Below the pieces are notes generated by a model. It was not told the DNA's origin. It ran no database searches and saw nothing but the letters and a program-made list of their open reading frames with translations. A DNA stretch of 64,000 nt, taken from Tubiluchus corallicola (taxonomy: Eukaryota > Animalia > Priapulida). The DNA lies in assembly GCA_030141605.1 (NCBI GenBank), contig JAQGDQ010002384.1, forward strand, positions 186,001-250,000. Reading direction: 5' to 3'. This document shows, one piece after another, positions 49,924 to 64,000 of this stretch (the stretch's first letter is position 1; the number at the start of each line of letters is the position of its first letter). The translations under genes and the position numbers were made by a program.

Positions 49924-52032
49924 CACTGATGTCTGAAGTCCAACAAAATCAAATGGGGATGTACTTTAGTTAAACAATGTCGTTTTGTGAAAGTACGTTG
50001 TCAGTGGGAATTGTCCATGTGATAAGGCTAATACTAGTCAGTTCGAAGCCTTGATTCAGTCTCAATGACTCTTGATCATTTATATATCATGCACTCAATT
50101 ATAGCTTACATAATTCAGGTTATACTAGCACTTTTTACCATATGTCAATATGCTAACTTTGCACTACTGACAAAAACTAGTTTAAAGCTAAAAATTTAAA
50201 TCTTAGCATTCATTGGAATATGCTTATCTCTTATCAGTACCCTGAGACATTCATAGTGTCTATACTGTAGTTTGTTAAATCATTCATAATCTAGAAAGCT
50301 ATTACAGTAAGAACATTAATTCTGTTTTGATAGGAAAATAAAATTCTGCAAAAGACTGTGATGAATCTAGTTCATTTAAATGAATCTCAAACGTATATAA
50401 TGCCTATATGAACTATGCGTTTTTATTTATGTTTTAGAATAGTGTATGTATTGTAACTTGAATGTAGTATGTAGCTTAGAAGTATGTGTCACTTCACATT
50501 ATTTACAATTCCGTCCATTGCAATATGCCTGTTCAGCACACTATTTTTAAATAGGAAGCAATGCTGATGATATTATCCAGTAAGTTGAATATGTTACTTG
50601 TTATTAGATAGTTGCATAAACTGTGGAAAGCTAAAAAATCACTTCAAATAAAATGAAGTCCCAAGTGCATTTGAATAAATTATGTGCATTATAAATTATT
50701 ATTATTACTAACATAAATAAAATTGCATTCCTAATGCAGGTTGTGTGGAATACATTGTGCCTTATTTATATTGTGATTTACTTTCTGCTATAGTTTGCTC
50801 ATGGTGTTACACTTTTTTCTATTTCTGTACTAATATTTTGCACTTTATTGAGCAGTTGCAACAAAGCCCGACTTTATGTATTAAGGTTGTTATCATAATA
50901 TGCAGTTTAATAATGCACGTTACCTTATTATCAGTTTAATAATGCACGTTTATGACAATAATTGTAACACATTAACTTTTATATGCAATAGAAGTATGGG
51001 GCAGACATAAAAATACCAAAATTGAAGTGAAATCAGATGTTCCAAACTTACTGTTAGGCCCTACATGACATATAGTTTGTATTATTGTTGAAAATGCAGT
51101 GCTTGTAAGAGTGAGTTTCCAAATGTTTCACAGTCATTCTCACTAGTAATTACAACCTTTTATTGGGTATAGTCTATTGTTTTTGTGCAATGAGGTGGCT
51201 GTTACATAATATTATTTTCTTTACATGCATTTGTTCAAATAGTTACTTTTACACTGTTTTTGAATTTGTCGGGGAAGCTGTGTAGCAAATGAGCATTGAG
51301 GGACCAACACTATTTGTGAGACAGTCTGCCTTACCTATTTTTGGATCATTCCACTTTATGCTAGATAATGGTTTGTTCATTCACCAATTTAACTTTTGTG
51401 TGAATAAATTTTTGCAATTTGCGCACAAATTTTGATTTTGATTTGACTTAATTCATTCCAGGTAACTTTTTCCAAATCGTAGTGTTTCAGAAACCACTAG
51501 TTTTGTTGGGTAAAGCGGGCCTATTTCTTATTCTATTTGATAACCCTAACCTTTAACTTCATCAAATTAAAGTTTGGTGTTTGATTATAAATATTAGGTT
51601 CTGTTATCGAGTCTCCAATACAAACAATACCCCTGTCAGGTATTAATGTGTGATTAATTTAAAATCTGTAGCTCTACTCCATGCAATTAAATAAAACTAA
51701 AATTTAAATGGTCTTTAACTCTATATACACTAAGATCAGTAGTTTAACGATTAATATAAAGTGTGATAGTCTCAGTACATAGCAAATTTTTTCACTGGAA
51801 TTTTATTTTTTCACAATCCAAAGCAAAAATTTGCAGTAACCGATTTAATAAAATGAGTAAATTCAATACTCGTGTAAAAATAAATTTTTGCATAATTTCA
51901 ACAGGTGTTAATCTATCTACATCACAATTAAATATCAAATTTGCTATAAAAATAAATTTCAGGAATCTACAGCATGTATGATAGGTCATCATCCCACTTT
52001 AAAACATCACACCCCACTCAAGTATCCATTCC

Positions 52033-52534
52033 AAATCTAAAACCAATTCGTATTTGACTAAAACACCATTAGTTTGAAAACTGATCTAATTGTTGATATG
52101 AGCAAACCTTTGGTTCCCAACTGGAATGCAAAATGTGCCATAATTGAACATACGGTAATGTCCAACCCCCTTTTGCTGCTTATTTAAGAACGATTTGTCT
52201 TATTAATAGTGAAGTTACTACACAAAATCAAGTAAAAAATAGCAATAAAAGAAAAGATGCTTAAAAAACAGGCAATGATATGTTAAACGTCTAGTAATCA
52301 GTTTCTTATAACACTAAATCTAAAACCATTTGGTATTTAACTAAAACATTAGTATGAATGCTAATTGTTGATATGAGCAAAGCTTTCGTTTCCAACTGGC
52401 ATGCAAGATGTGTTGTACAATAACTGAACACGGTAATCTCGATTCCTTTTAACAAAAATGAAGTTCAATACAATCAAGTAAAAAGTAGCAAACAAAACAA
52501 AAAGCATTAAAAAACAGGGAATGGTGTGTCAAAC
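52033..52534. repeat. Diverged tandem duplication (period ~283) just downstream of the PBLD stop
   Basis: aaatctaaaacca...ctaattgttgatatgagcaaa...aatcaagtaaaaa at 52033 and 52316. Confidence 0.8.
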
Positions 52535-52682
52535 ACAGTAAATAGTAAATTATCGAGCTAGCATTCTTAAAGCAAAAGACGTAAATCGGTTTGTTTATAG
52601 TGAACAGAACCTTGCACATGTCTGTCTTTGAGTACCATACATCAACTTTCTTTCTGAAGAACAGAAGTAAATCGTCTCAAGT

Positions 52683-53694
52683 CTAGATACCAGGCACATT
52701 CATCCTGCCTTCCACGACTATAACTGCTTGTCCTGACACAGCCACCCTCCCATCTCCTTTCACATCTATTGCCAAGTCTCCGCCACGTTTTGAACACTGG
52801 CGAGCTGAAAAAAAAACAAGCTGGTGTTAAATACTACGATTCTTTATTCGTCTGATAACCTGACAATTCTAGTTTCCCAACTTTGCTTGAATGACTGTTG
52901 TTGCTGGTCATTGCTATTTACTTAGCTAATTACGGTTGCTAATTTTCCAATTTTTGCAAAGTTAGTAGAATGTTTTTGACTGACAATAATGCAAAAATGA
53001 TAAGTCTGTTGCACTAAAATCGCATAAAACGAAAAAATTATTTGAGTAATTTGTATATGACTTGAGATGTTAACTGAATGCTATTGAACTCTAAAAGGAC
53101 ATCAACAATCACAAATATAAGTGTGCCCATGCAAGTCTTGTTTGCTAAATGGTATACACACAACATGCCATCTGCATTAAATACACAAAGTGCTATTAAA
53201 TCCAAATAAGAAGTTGTTAGTTTGACTGCTGGTAGGTTTTTCTTTTAGGCGGTGAATGTCAGATACAAGTTTACAACAAAGCACAAAAACCTGTGAAAAT
53301 ATCTGATAATTTAAAAAACTGATTTTAAAATTAGTTATAAAATGATAACATTGTCGCACGAAAGTAGAAGTAAGTCTACTTAGAAATATGAGTTTTTTTT
53401 ACTAAATTATGGATGTTTCGATATCCCACAATAAGGGAATTAATTAGAAAACTAAGCTAGTTAACAGTCTAATTTAATAATCTAATAGATACACTACTAT
53501 GTTCACGTGCTAACCATTAATGAAAGATTTTATTCCTATAACTAAGTACAGTTCTATGTATACTATAGTAACTAAGTATAGTAACTGGATGATGCTCGAA
53601 AATAAGAAATTCTGTGATGACGAAATTTACCTGCATAATAGGAGAAATGAGTTCTAATATTTTAAAGTATGGGGTTAGTGCTATACTCATATAT

Positions 53695-53726
<32 letters not shown>

Positions 53727-56700
53727 CACAGATATGACTAAAAGCCAGTCTAAATAAATACTATAGTTATGTTAACACACAATATTTACACAATAACATT
53801 TTCACTGGTATCTCCCAATCAAAAAATAAGCTTAGCTTCATAAAGTGGCACTGAATACATGGAATCCTCAACACTGAATCAGACAGCCGTTTCATAAGAA
53901 AACGTTTTCTATTTTCATATGTAACTGCATCATGCTATCATTCCGATATTATGTGCTTTGTACAGTCATGACAACATAAGTATTCACAATACTTTAAGTA
54001 CCACGCAAATGTTGCTTATCAAGGCATTTCGACCAATAAGGTGCCAACACAGTGTGTGCAGAACCAGTCACTGGATCCTCCGGAATCCCGTTCCAAGGTG
54101 TAAAGAAGCGTGAAAAGAAGTCATAACCATCATCGCTGTCATCTCCTTGAAGTGAAATAATTACGCCACGTATCACGCCAGTCGAGTCTGATGCCACCAT
54201 CTTATCAATCTGAGGATTTAGCGACTCCAGATCATTTCTAAATAAATAAACATATTTTTCAGACAGGAATACAAAAAAACTCACGCAAAATTTTATTTAT
54301 ACCCTGCTTGCAATCAGCAAGCGACGATGTACAGCCACTGGTATCAGTTAATTTTAAAACAACAATAGCGACAACCGACTAACACAGAAATCTTTGACAA
54401 GGATGATAAATCTTTTATTCAACAAATTGTAATACAATAATACACAAAGAGTGCCTCTTTTTGCAGGCAGACGTTTAATAAAGTTTACAGCATAATACAG
54501 TGAAATCTTATTTGTTAGCACATTAAAAATAAATAACAATCCATATTAAACTAACTTCATTATGGGTCCAACATATTTTATATTACATCGCTTCCCATAG
54601 CCTCATAGAAGCATTATTTCCCAACTGAAAACAAAGTGGGCTATTCCTTTACCTTACTACACGACAAATCTTCATCTTGAGAATAACACAATTTAACAGT
54701 TTAATCATTTTGTTATTCGAGCAACACAATAAATTGCTATTATAGAGATCTGCAGTTTCTCGAAATAAAAGCATCTTTAATTAAACAAATGAAAGCATCA
54801 AAAATTATTGTCTCTTTTACATACAACACAATTGAACACAGTTCTTTATCTCCAATAAAGTACCACTACAAATGTGTAGTAAATGGCAAATTTAACATCA
54901 AAATCTGTCGTTTGAAACTAAGGACAAGCACAATCGCTCGCCCACTAATGATAACTCTCTTAACAATAAAGATTCTCTATTATTATACTGTTCAGAACGT
55001 TCAGAGCAAAGTTGCCCCACATTTTACAAATAGTGCACCTCTACTATATTTAGAAACACAAAAGTTTTACTTACATGTATCGAGTGATTAGCCCCAAAGA
55101 CTACTTGCAAGTAATTTGAAATAGAAGGGCTACATAATAAGCCAAAAAATATTAATGTCTAACAGCAGTATAAATGAACGACTAATTTTCAAGCTTTTTT
55201 TACATCTAGTCCTTTAATTCAAGCCACCTAGCCCATCATGTCAAAAATTTTACATCATTACATCGAAATTTTTACCGCTACACTGAAAATAATGAATCAT
55301 GTGTAGATTTTTTTATTATTTGATTGGAATGGCCCCAACACCTGGGTACAGAAAAACCTACTTTTTTGTGACTAATTAACAGGATTAGCTTCTAATGATG
55401 TAATCCCTAGAAAAGAGCTGAAAAACTCCTGGAACACCCCAAATTAACTAGTCAACTAACAGGAGCATCTAGATGCCGTAACAGCTTAGAAATGACTACC
55501 CATCGTGCAAATGTGTTATAAGCATAGAATTCCTGACATCACAGAATATGGCAGTGACTCATATTTCTGCAACTAAAGGTAACAAATCCAATGTGCTATA
55601 CTCCCAAGTCTTACAGTATACTATATGTGATCCTTTCAACATTGAACCGTACCAATGGTAAATATAATGATCTTACGAGAACAAAAGAGTACATACAGTA
55701 CCTTGTCAAGTTACTATCGAGAACTATCAGTAGTTTCTTGGTCGTTGGTGAATACTGCACATCTTTTACAGGCAGATTGCCTACACAAACCTGCAAGATT
55801 AAAATTAACTTTCACTTGGCATCAGTAAATTCAAATAAAAACACAAAGTGAAATTGTCGAAATTCTACTATTGAATTCATTTTATTGTTTAAAGTGGTAG
55901 CAGTTATTTTTTAAATTACCTTTACTGTGTGTGAGATGGGAAATTATAATGACAATTACTCCTTCTTTTTTCTTACAATAAGATCTTAGCCTGTGACATT
56001 AAATAAATATATGCAGTTAATTACAGCGATACTATGTACAGTGAATAGTGATTGTATTTTCTTCATTTACAGTCATACTAAACCTCGCTATAACATAAGG
56101 TTTTACAGCTTAAAATCCTACCCCATTTACGAATATTCAATTTACTTTATTATAAACTTACTGTAAAACTTGTTTCTTTTGATTTTTTATTAAATGGCTG
56201 TTAGCGGTATTAAATTCGAAGAACCGCCATTTTTGTTGCGTGAGACGAATGGCGTTATGAGTAAAGTCACAAAGTCACCAAAGATTGGCAAACAAACATC
56301 GGTAACCGAAGACGCTTTCTGTACCTCGTATGTCATTTTAGCTCACTGGTGCCAAACAAGCGAAACACTGCAATTTTTACGGTAATGCACGCGTTCGAAA
56401 TTTGCAAGAAAAAGGTAACTTATTTAATTTATCTCTTTTTTGTTTAATAACAACTATGAATACTTTATGTAATCATAATAATGTGTTAAGGAAACTTCAG
56501 TGTCTGTTGGGGTTATACAGGCCTTTAAAAAATTGAAATGTTTGATACTTAGGCCCTTATACAAGTCAACTAAAGTTTCAAAGTTGTGGAACTACGAACA
56601 ACGAATGTAGCATTAGCACAAATTATGCAAATTTAAGTTAAAAATCTTGAAAAATCAACATGCTGTGTTTGTTTTCCAATTCAGTAAACTAATCGCAAAC

Positions 56701-59700
56701 AATCGGTACATCTTTGTACTGCATGCATATTAAATGAGCACATTCAATACTCAAAATAAATAACTTTGATTAATACTGTTTTTACCTTCAGCAAATCAAC
56801 AATGGATGACTTATCAAATGGCTGTGGTGGATTGGATGGAAGATCCATTAACAAATATCCATTCTCTTTCTTCTGCACAGTTAAAGGTCCACTCTTTGTT
56901 TCAAAAGTAAGTGAAGGGGATGTATTACCTATTTATAAAAAAATATTTAAAAACTGAACAATGTGATGTGCACCAGCTATATTCTTGAGGTGTTACTTTT
57001 GAGATTTCAGTATAAATGGATATAAACATATTGTGTAATTATGAAGATGACGATGATGATGGTGATGATGATGAGATGATAACGATGATGGTGCCAACAG
57101 TTAAAAGGGCAATCACTTAGACACTGATGTTACCTGTTTCTATCAAATAAGGTGGTACAACACAGCACATGTATCACAATCTACTGAAATATTGATGAAC
57201 TTACAGAAGCTGACATATATTTAGCATTACCAATTGAGAAATATAATACAGCAGCAGTAGCCAGAGTTGCATGGCCACAGAGAGGAACTTCATTAGTAGG
57301 AGTAAACCAGCGCAATCCAAAATGGCTGCCATGCTGAAAATCATTGCTTCCAGGTTGACTTAACAATTTTACAAATGCAGTTTCCGATATGTTCATTTCG
57401 CTTGCAATACTTTGCATCACCTCTTCTGATAAGTCATCGTGAGCCTAGAAACGACATATACACAAATAAAAACAAACAAATAGCAAGGAATCTATTTATG
57501 ATCTACTATCCGATAATTTTTTTATTGCCTTTGTTTCTTTTTTTATTGGGTAGCCAGACTATAACAATTTCAGTAGTAATTATAGGGTCAGGTAAAATTT
57601 CTTGTTATTGTAAGAGTGCTTTGTCACTGCAATAATTACGTCCACTGTGTAAGACTGTAAGGTGTCCAAAGTTGATTTGAGGATTGGCTGTTTGGAAGGT
57701 CAGCACTCCGCTCAGTCCTTTTCACTATTAATAATTATTTCATGATTACTGATTAATGATACTGAATAAGAGGGTCGCACTCTAGTTAAAATTTTCAGAT
57801 AATGCAAAGTTGTACAATCCAATTAACTCTGCAGCGGATTCCCTAATTTTACAGAATGACATTCAGTAATGGAGTAGGTTAAGTAATGACTGACAATGTT
57901 ATTTAATGTTGATAAACGTGAGGAAATGCATTGGGGTTTACAGAATCTTAAAAGAAATTACATCATGAATGGAAGCAGAATAACTCTTCATAGTACAGAT
58001 AGTAAAAGCAATATTGGTGCGATAATAACATTAAACTTGAAATTTTCCCAGCAATGTATTGTCGCTGTCAAAAAAGCAAATAAGAATTTGGGGACGTTTC
58101 TAGAAAGAAAGAAATTCTTTTGAAATCACACATTGCTTTGGTTAGGCTTCATTAAAATTAGAATGTTAATTTTTTTCCCTTTTGGTAAAAAATAATAGTA
58201 TAATATAACTGTAATGATTAAAATAAAATGTTAATATAACATTATAATTAATTATTGGTTGCTATGTATGGGTAAAGGGGTGACAAATGAACATAAGTTT
58301 ATTAGACCACGGAAATGGAATAAATTTGATTGTTCCATTCTATAAACAAACCTTATATATAACCCCCGATAATATCTTTTAATCATAATTACATATCAAT
58401 ATAATATTGATATTCTTAAATAGTGATATTTGTGCTATTTTTCTGGTTTTAATCATGATTAAAAGATATTAGAATAATAAAAGATTATAAAATACTGACC
58501 AAGAAAGAAAACATTTTGCATAAATGTAGATGACAATAAAACTTTTTAAAAAGCGGTAACATTTTGACATTTGTAAATTTTCATTTCTGTGATAGCAAAA
58601 TAAATGGAATGGTAATTTGTCTACCATGGTGACTGCCACACCAAGCCTAGTAAAGTTTAAATTTTTAAATGAAGATTATTTTGTGGAAAAATACGGGGTT
58701 TCTAGAAGTGTGCCTGCTTAACTCCTAATCATTACAGCACAACATGCTGCAAAAGGGATGATAACATTAATAATAAAATTAACAGCACGATGAATGACAA
58801 ACTTCCTTACTTGCGAAGTCTAAGACCTAGCCATAACACAGTTATTGACGGTCGCTCCTCAACAATTTCCGAAATTGAGGTGTCAACTGTTTCATTATTA
58901 AAGTAAATACCCAGACATTTTTTATCAATATGAAAATCAACAACTTAAGCAGAAAACGAAATATTGTAATCAAATTCCAGCATTTTTATCCATGGCAGTC
59001 AGGTGAATTAATTAATGAAACGTGTTAAATCTCATTTTAAACGTGTTGAACACTTGCGGTACAGTTTCTACACTCTCCATGCTTCACCTGCGTGTGGTGA
59101 ATAACGTTGTGGCAGGATGAGGGCGGTCATCCGAAAAGTATTATTGTATGCCGGTACAGGTCTGCATTTACTGGCTGGCGAACTGCCGCGTGTTAAACTG
59201 TTGAAAGTACAGCAGTTTATTTTCATGTTGTGTAACTTTTTCGTATGTTATACGTGTGCAAATACCCAGAATTTGTGTAGCAGAGGATGTAGTAAAGCAA
59301 CAAGCGATGATGACAGTCTTTTTAAGTCTACTGCCATGACGTCATCAGTGCATAGCCGCCCGAGCGCTGAATTGCGTGTATAAAGCAATTGGCATAAGTA
59401 AAATCGAGCAATTATTTATCTAATTACTTAATTATTTTCGAAAAGCGATAAGAATATCATTTCAACACATCATCCTTAAACTTTTGCTAAAAATTGCTGA
59501 TGAGGCTGGGCTTTTACTTTAAGTGAATTCCAAGGGCCCACAACACGAGAAGCGAAGAAATGGGCTCTCATGTTAGTGCGAGAGCATTGTACAAATAATT
59601 TAGAATTGTCCATGTGAATCATGCAGTGGTCTAGAAAAAAATTTGTTGCTACACAAATTGGAACTATCACTAATGACTTTTTAACAGGTAATAAGATCTA

Positions 59701-60442
59701 TAGTATCACGGCGTTGTTCAAGCAAAGATACAAAGTCAGGTTGAATATCAGAGGCCAGAGTAATACACCTCCATTCAGTTCTTTCTAAAGCATTTTTAAA
59801 GGTGACATAAGGTGAGTGACATTGTCATACCATTGCTCAATTTCAGACAAGTCTGCTTGTAAGATCTCTTGATCAGAGGAATTTCTAATTGGACGGTAAG
59901 GCTTTATATCATCAAAAACAGCGGTATACGTGTGTCAGGGGATACACAATCAGTAACATCATTGACAAAAATAAGAAAACAATTGGGTCCTGACAAAGTC
60001 CCTTGAGGAATGCCACTGGTTATATTTCTCCAGAAAGTGGTTACACCATTTAAACCCATTCTTCGCTGTTTGTGTGTTAGAAAATATTGAAACCATTGGA
60101 GTAGTTTCCCTCTTATACCTGCAAATTCCATTTTTAACACGAGACGACGAAGAGGAACAAAATCAAATGCTTTTCTAAAATCAATATATAGAATATCAAT
60201 TGATGGGAGAGAAGGTGCATCAAAGAATTGCGACCAGTCATTTAGGCATTCAAGACTTGTTACAGTGGAACGTTGTGGTAATCAGCCATGACAAATCTAT
60301 CCATGTTCAAAATAATGGGGGTAGCTGCAAAGGTGAGTGAGTTATTATTATTGACCTTGTTTTCCTTATTCAGGCAAACTGCTGCAGGATTTCCAGAAAA
60401 TGGGTAACTTGTAAATGCATCGACGGTAAATAACGACAACAT
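52683..60442 (-). CDS. PBLD: Phenazine biosynthesis-like domain protein (PhzF/PBLD/MAWBP isomerase family), 296 aa, 6 exons
   Basis: Exons (minus): 60442-60356, 57444-57231, 56928-56786, 55790-55702, 54237-54002, 52804-52683. Total 891 nt. Motifs: VDAFT..PFSGNPAAVC, EMNISETAF, LRWFTPTNEVPLCGHATLA, SRFFTPWNGIPEDPVTGSAH, ARQCSKRGG. Confidence 0.96.
57690..58150 (+). mobile_element. Degraded CR1-type LINE fragment
   Basis: LQND, MLFNVDK.E.MHWG, LKFSQQCIVAVKKANKNLG. Confidence 0.75.
59476..60258 (-). mobile_element. CR1/L2-type LINE reverse-transcriptase fragment, 5'-truncated and frameshifted, in PBLD intron 1
   Basis: YIDFRKAFD, GIRGKLLQWF, TSGIPQGTLSGPNCFLIFVND, and the 3' motif RAHFFASRVVGPWNSL. 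Confidence 0.9.
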
Positions 60443-60805
60443 TCTCAACTTAATTAAGGAAAAGCTACGTGAAATAAACATTAGCACAAAAACAACGTAT
60501 GAAAGGCGCAGACATTTTGTAATTGGCTTCTTGTACAGTGCTGCCGCAAAGAAAAATGCGGAGAAAACCAAAAATGCGCAGTGCATCAACCAGGAGCGGG
60601 GAGAATGTAGATTAGCCGTGTTAGGTGTTAGTTTTATCGTTATTCGTGTTACAAGTTGGTCAGATTTTATCAATTCGATGACTTTAGGTAACTTAAATTA
60701 TCCTACTCGCTGTGATTTACTGCACCAAGTGTGATTCTAGAAAGCACTTGTAAAACAGTAAGTCGATTCTTTAAGTGACGCTGTTGTTATCTCAGTTGGA
60801 CAGAT

Positions 60806-60929
60806 GCGCCATTTTCATCTTCATTTTAGTGTAACTGATTACTGAACCGTGAAATTTTAGGGATTTGTATAATTGGCGGCATATGAAACCCAACCATCGA
60901 GAAGGCAGGTGACTTTCACGAACATGGCG
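60806..60929. promoter_or_regulatory. Probable bidirectional promoter with outward-facing YY1-like motifs
   Basis: AAAATGGCGC on minus (60806-60815) and AACATGGCG on plus (60921-60929), upstream of PBLD. Confidence 0.35.
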
Positions 60930-60972
60930 AACATAAGTGACAAGTTGCCATGTGCGGAAAGGATAGTAAAAA
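60924..60972 (+). CDS. Possible first coding exon of a gene divergent from PBLD (MANISDKLPCAERIVK), product unknown
   Basis: AACATGGCG start context and a strong donor gtaagt at 60973. A phase-compatible acceptor follows at 61954 (ttttcttcgtag). No recognisable homology. Confidence 0.35.
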
Positions 60973-62869
60973 GTAAGTATAATTATTAATGTTTTTTCGA
61001 TTTGCAGTTGAATGTACAGTTGTACCTCGTACGCTGCACGTAGCTACATGCTGTAGAAATGTATATATTTATTTAGCTGAGACGGGTTTATTTATATTAG
61101 GCACAGCTAAGCATAACACTTCGAGTTTTTCAATTTAAGATTGTGATTGCTAAATAAAATGTGAACTTTGGTGAGTTAAAGCGTAAACCAATTTTTGCTA
61201 TATCAAAGTTCACAGTTATAGTAAACTAAAGTGAAACAAGTTGGAGACAGCTGCCTTTTTATATATAGGAATTTCTGGTATTCATTTTTCATTGAATAAA
61301 GAAAATTTAAATTAATGCCCAAAAGAATGGATGATTTAAAATGTCTGTAGTCACATCATATTGTCCACTAATTAAGTGCTTGAATTTTTTATCTAATAAT
61401 GACCGGTTAACCTTAGCTATTTTAGGCCTAGACGTCAAAGCAAAATTAAGTCCAAGTAAAAAAAGTAAAAAAGAAACATTCTTTCTTAAAAATAATAATG
61501 TTAGATGTTATAAGTGGAGGAATGGATGTTAAGAAGTATTAAGTTAAAGAGTTAGAGAGATATTTTAGTAGATTGAACATTGTCATTGTTCTTTATACAT
61601 GTGAATGAACGTTACCCTGGATACATCTGCATACTGATTTCTTGTAAATTATGCATTAGCAGTGCTGCATCATAGTGCATATAGCCGCAGTGGTTACTGT
61701 TTAGCAGGATAGCTGCATTGATGATTGCAAATTTATGCAGGCAAACCTTTCTTGTGTTAAAAAAACTGCTTTGGTCATGTCACATTGTGAAACATCATGA
61801 AAGATGTTTGTAAAAAAATGTGGTTGCAAAAAGTTGCAAAATAAACCATAGACTGAGGCTAGCCCCTCAATGTATGTTTCCAATGGATGTATCCTAAATA
61901 TGCATCCTCTTTTCAGTACTCGTGTTGTTGTTGGTTTTTTCTTTTTCTTCGTAGGCGCTGTACATGAAAAAAGGCTTAGGCTTCGACTCTTAAAAGCAGA
62001 TCCAATAAATTGTTTGGTTTGGGTTGATACTAGAGAATATCATGAATAGACTAATAAAGTTGGATTTGTCGTATATGACATGTCTAAGATGGTGATGTTG
62101 ATGTCATGTTCACAGAAAGCTATTTGAGGTTGTACTATACCTAAACTAATGTAGCGAAATTTTTCAGAGTGAATCCATAGTTCTTCTATGAGTGCTATAA
62201 TGACGGTTATAATTAATGATCAATGTTAGTCAAAGTGTAGCTATCATCAAGCCTCTTGTCTGGAAGAAAGTTCTTAAAGGTTCTCAAAGCTTACTAGCTT
62301 CGCAAAATCTTATTTTGGTACTAGGCATTATAATACATGTTTAAAACTATTAGCTACAAGTTTTGTGCATGCCCTAAGTATTTTTAAGTGAGTAGTCATA
62401 AAACTTTAAATTGGCAATAGCAATAAGTGTTTGAAAAAGTTTTGTATTAAAGTAGCAGTTTTGTTAGTTGCAGTGTTAATGGTAGAGGCAGTAGCAAATA
62501 GCAATAGCAGTAATAATAAGAAGGCTAAACTCCGCAAAAAAGTTAGCGCATAACCCACGATGACAAACTACACCACACCCACCACACCACGCCACCCACA
62601 CCCACTACATCATACCGTACCCCCCATGTCACACCCGCAAAACCGTCACTTTAACACGTTACTATACTAATACTAATACTATACTACTATACAAATACTC
62701 TACTATACTATTTACTATCTATTGTGTGTTTCCTGTAGGCAGTACAGCCATAGCCATTAGCCAATGTTTGTGTCCATCTCTGTGAATGGTCTATTCCATG
62801 TCATTCAACTGCTTTTCCTAGCTTCACATAGTTATCCCAATTTGCCTGAAGCCTTGTTTTTTATTATAT

Positions 62870-62891
62870 GCATATATATATATATATGCTT

Positions 62892-62935
<44 letters not shown>

Positions 62936-63020
62936 TATACTATATACTATATATATATATGCTTGACTATATATATATATAGTTGAATGACATGGAATAT
63001 ATATACATATAATATTATAT
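62870..63020. repeat. (TA)n-rich tract
   Basis: Direct reading. Confidence 0.92.
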
Positions 63021-64000
63021 TCTGTAAATGCAAAATTATTAATATTAATTTATTTATTAGCCACAGTTGCTTGGCAGGTAGTTTTTAAACATTTTTGTGA
63101 TAGTATGTGTACTTAAATACAATTCTATCAACCGTAGGAGCTGGCGTACAAAATATTTCAAAGTTAAACCAAAATAAAAAAGAATAAAAATTCGTTTCAA
63201 AGTCAAATTCAGAAAAATTTGTTAACCCGAAGTAAAAAAGAGATATTTTGGAGATTTTTGTAAAATCACATACGTGAATATTGGCATCTTCGGGACACAA
63301 ATAGCCTTCTGGTTTGTTTAATGGTCTGAGTCACACTGGTATTCATGACATAGATTAACTTACAAAATCACACGTGAGAATGACGATATGATACTTTTTG
63401 CCTAAATTTTGTTATTTTAGAAAAGTTAAATATTCGTGTTTCTCGTGTCATTTTACACTGTGCAGTATGTAGCTGTGCTATGAGGAAGTGTAAATAATAC
63501 ACATATGATCACACCACTATGAAGCACAAGGGTACATGGCCTCTTCGTTTGGAAATCGTGTTATTACTGTCTAATATAATACTTTGGTCTTTTAACCTTT
63601 AGATTTTGAAAGTCGATAAATGAATCTTTTGCATTTTCAGTTTATTAAACTTCACCTTATTGTTAGTAGTTTGGCTGCAAGGGCAAAAAGAATTTATGCA
63701 TGCTTTACTTTTATTATAAATGATTTTTACAATTGTAACTCCAGACTTCCACACTTAATGTTAGGGATTTAAAAAATAAGTCTTTAAAATAGTATGAATA
63801 GCGTCTTAAATGATACAAGGCTGTGAGTTCAAGTTTTAATTTGAATTTGTTAAATTTTGTGATTGACATTCATAAAATTTAGTCATGTGCTATAAAATTG
63901 TTCATAAAGAGCTATATCTAAATGTTGACAAACTTGTCAACAAAACCAAAAGTAACCATTCGCTCAAACTCTTTGTTAGGCGTACTGCAAAAAAAGCTTT

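Noticed and set aside
52683-60442. Recent horizontal transfer of a bacterial phenazine gene
   Set aside because: Intron-containing with typical metazoan PBLD motifs, and no other phz genes in the window.
60443-60673. N-terminal extension of PBLD suggested by ORF 60260..60673
   Set aside because: Family similarity starts at MLSLFTVDAF (60442), and a splice-acceptor-like site lies 22 nt upstream.

Overview
AT-rich, intron-containing genomic DNA from an invertebrate animal (species not identifiable from the sequence). The right half holds three complete spliced genes reconstructed by hand: an MTA1/2/3-family NuRD subunit (minus, 12 coding exons, 737 aa, first coding intron GC-AG, extra C2H2 finger); head-to-head with it, an uncharacterised 307-aa protein with a charged N-terminus, one hydrophobic segment and an SRPBCC/START (polyketide-cyclase-like) domain (plus, 6 exons); and, convergent with that, a PBLD/PhzF-family isomerase (minus, 6 exons, 296 aa). 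A possible fourth gene starts divergently from PBLD near 60.9 kb. The left ~29 kb has no recognisable conserved gene, only weak unassigned exon chains. It is rich in microsatellites, tandem and inverted duplications, LINE fragments, tRNA- and 5S-derived SINEs, hAT-type MITEs and a degenerate Penelope-type minimal hammerhead motif. pogo/Tigger-like MITEs and nested insertions sit in the MTA introns. No CRISPR or prokaryotic system is present. Family assignments rest on motif recognition; no database searches were run.
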